Shown here: positions 23,159 to 24,000 of the stretch, in pieces | Layout: each line of letters begins with the position of its first letter | How positions within the stretch are numbered: position 1 is the first letter of the stretch | Program-made: the position numbers and the translations under genes | Source of the DNA: Mucinivorans hirudinis | Lineage (GTDB): Bacteria; Bacteroidota; Bacteroidia; Bacteroidales; Rikenellaceae | Direction of reading: 5' to 3' | Length of the DNA: 24,000 bases | Assembly: GCA_000723505.1 (NCBI GenBank) | Contig: HG934468.1 | Coordinates: 504,798 to 528,797, forward strand | The notes under the pieces: model-generated | What the model was told of the DNA's origin: nothing | Databases searched by the model: none | What the model saw: only the letters and a program-made list of their open reading frames with translations

Positions 23159-24000
23159 ATGTCACAACAAGAGGACGATTTAAGGGCGTTAGCCAAGATT
23201 ATGGATTTCTTACGAGCCGTAAGTATCCTATTTGTAGTTATCAACATCTATTGGTATTGCTACGAAGCAATTAAACTATGGGGTGTAAATATCGGTGTGG
23301 TAGATAAGATTCTGATGAATTTCCACCGCAGCGCAGGGCTGTTCGGCAGCATTGTTTACACCAAACTTGCCGCCGTATTGCTACTCGCACTATCCTGTCT
23401 GGGTACGTCGGGGGTGAAGGAGGAGAAAATCACGTGGACAAAGATATGGACGTTTATGTGCGTTGGCTTTGTCTTCTTTTTCCTTAATTGGTGGGTACTT
23501 GCCCTGCCGCTGGGGGCAGAGGCAAATACGGCTCTCTACCTGTTTTCAATGACGGTGGGCTATATCTGCCTATTGATGTCGGGACTCTATATGAGCCGCC
23601 TTTTGAAAAATAATATGATGGACGACCCGTTCAATATGGAGAACGAGTCGTTTATGCAGGAGACAAGGTTGCTTGAGAATGAATTTTCCATCAACCTGCC
23701 TACACGTTTCTACTATAAAAAGAGGTGGAACAACGGCTGGATTAACGTGGTCAATCCGTTTCGTGCCAGCATTGTGTTGGGCACTCCGGGCAGTGGAAAA
23801 TCTTATGCAGTGGTAAACTCTTTCATCAAACAGCAGATTGAAAAGGGCTACTCGCAATACGTTTACGATTTCAAGTTTCCCGACCTGTCGATGATTGCCT
23901 ACAACCATCTTGTCAATAATTTAGATGGGTACAAGGTCAAGCCGAAGTTCTACGTGATTAACTTTGACGACCCACGCCGCTCACACCGTTGCAACCCCAT
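23159..24000 (+). CDS. mobC: MobC, type IV coupling protein (TraG/VirD4 family), 5' partial at window edge
   Basis: ATG at 23159 and open to the window end (not in the ORF track because there is no stop). MSQQEDDLRALAKIMDFLRAVSILFVV... is followed by TM segments and Walker A GTPGSGKS. Confidence 0.85.
   Translation, partial: MSQQEDDLRALAKIMDFLRAVSILFVVINIYWYCYEAIKLWGVNIGVVDKILMNFHRSAGLFGSIVYTKLAAVLLLALSCLGTSGVKEEKITWTKIWTFMCVGFVFFFLNWWVLALPLGAEANTALYLFSMTVGYICLLMSGLYMSRLLKNNMMDDPFNMENESFMQETRLLENEFSINLPTRFYYKKRWNNGWINVVNPFRASIVLGTPGSGKSYAVVNSFIKQQIEKGYSQYVYDFKFPDLSMIAYNHLVNNLDGYKVKPKFYVINFDDPRRSHRCNP

Noticed and set aside
1-24000. CRISPR arrays, tRNA/rRNA genes, integrase/att sites
   Set aside because: I could find no regularly spaced direct repeats, no cloverleaf-like or rRNA-like segments, and no tyrosine or serine integrase in this window. 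The ICE ends and integration module must lie outside it.

Overview
This window is the transfer and mobilization module of a Bacteroidales CTnDOT-type conjugative transposon (ICE). A long minus-strand operon, traA-B-C-D-E-F-G-H-I-J-K-L-M-N-O-Q, runs from 20675 down to 2299 and ends at a strong intrinsic terminator (2241..2277). A divergent plus-strand mobA / mobB (relaxase) / mobC (coupling protein) operon runs from 21478 to the window edge. A hairpin-rich, oriT-like intergenic region lies between the two operons. The main result is that four independent selfish elements interrupt genes here. (1) An Ll.LtrB-like group II intron (4520..7022) splits traM. (2) A second, unrelated group II intron (12170..14559) splits traI. 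(3) An IS110/IS1111-family element (9661..11233) splits traJ. It carries a 270-nt 3' non-coding region with short matches to both of its own insertion junctions. (4) An IS3-family element (152..1492; 26-bp imperfect IRs, AAG target duplication) splits an AT-rich cargo gene whose downstream part carries a PIN-like motif. For all four, removing the element by eye restores one continuous reading frame. Family assignments come from recognising motifs and remembered homologues. No database search, folding or statistics could be run. No tRNA, rRNA or CRISPR array was seen.
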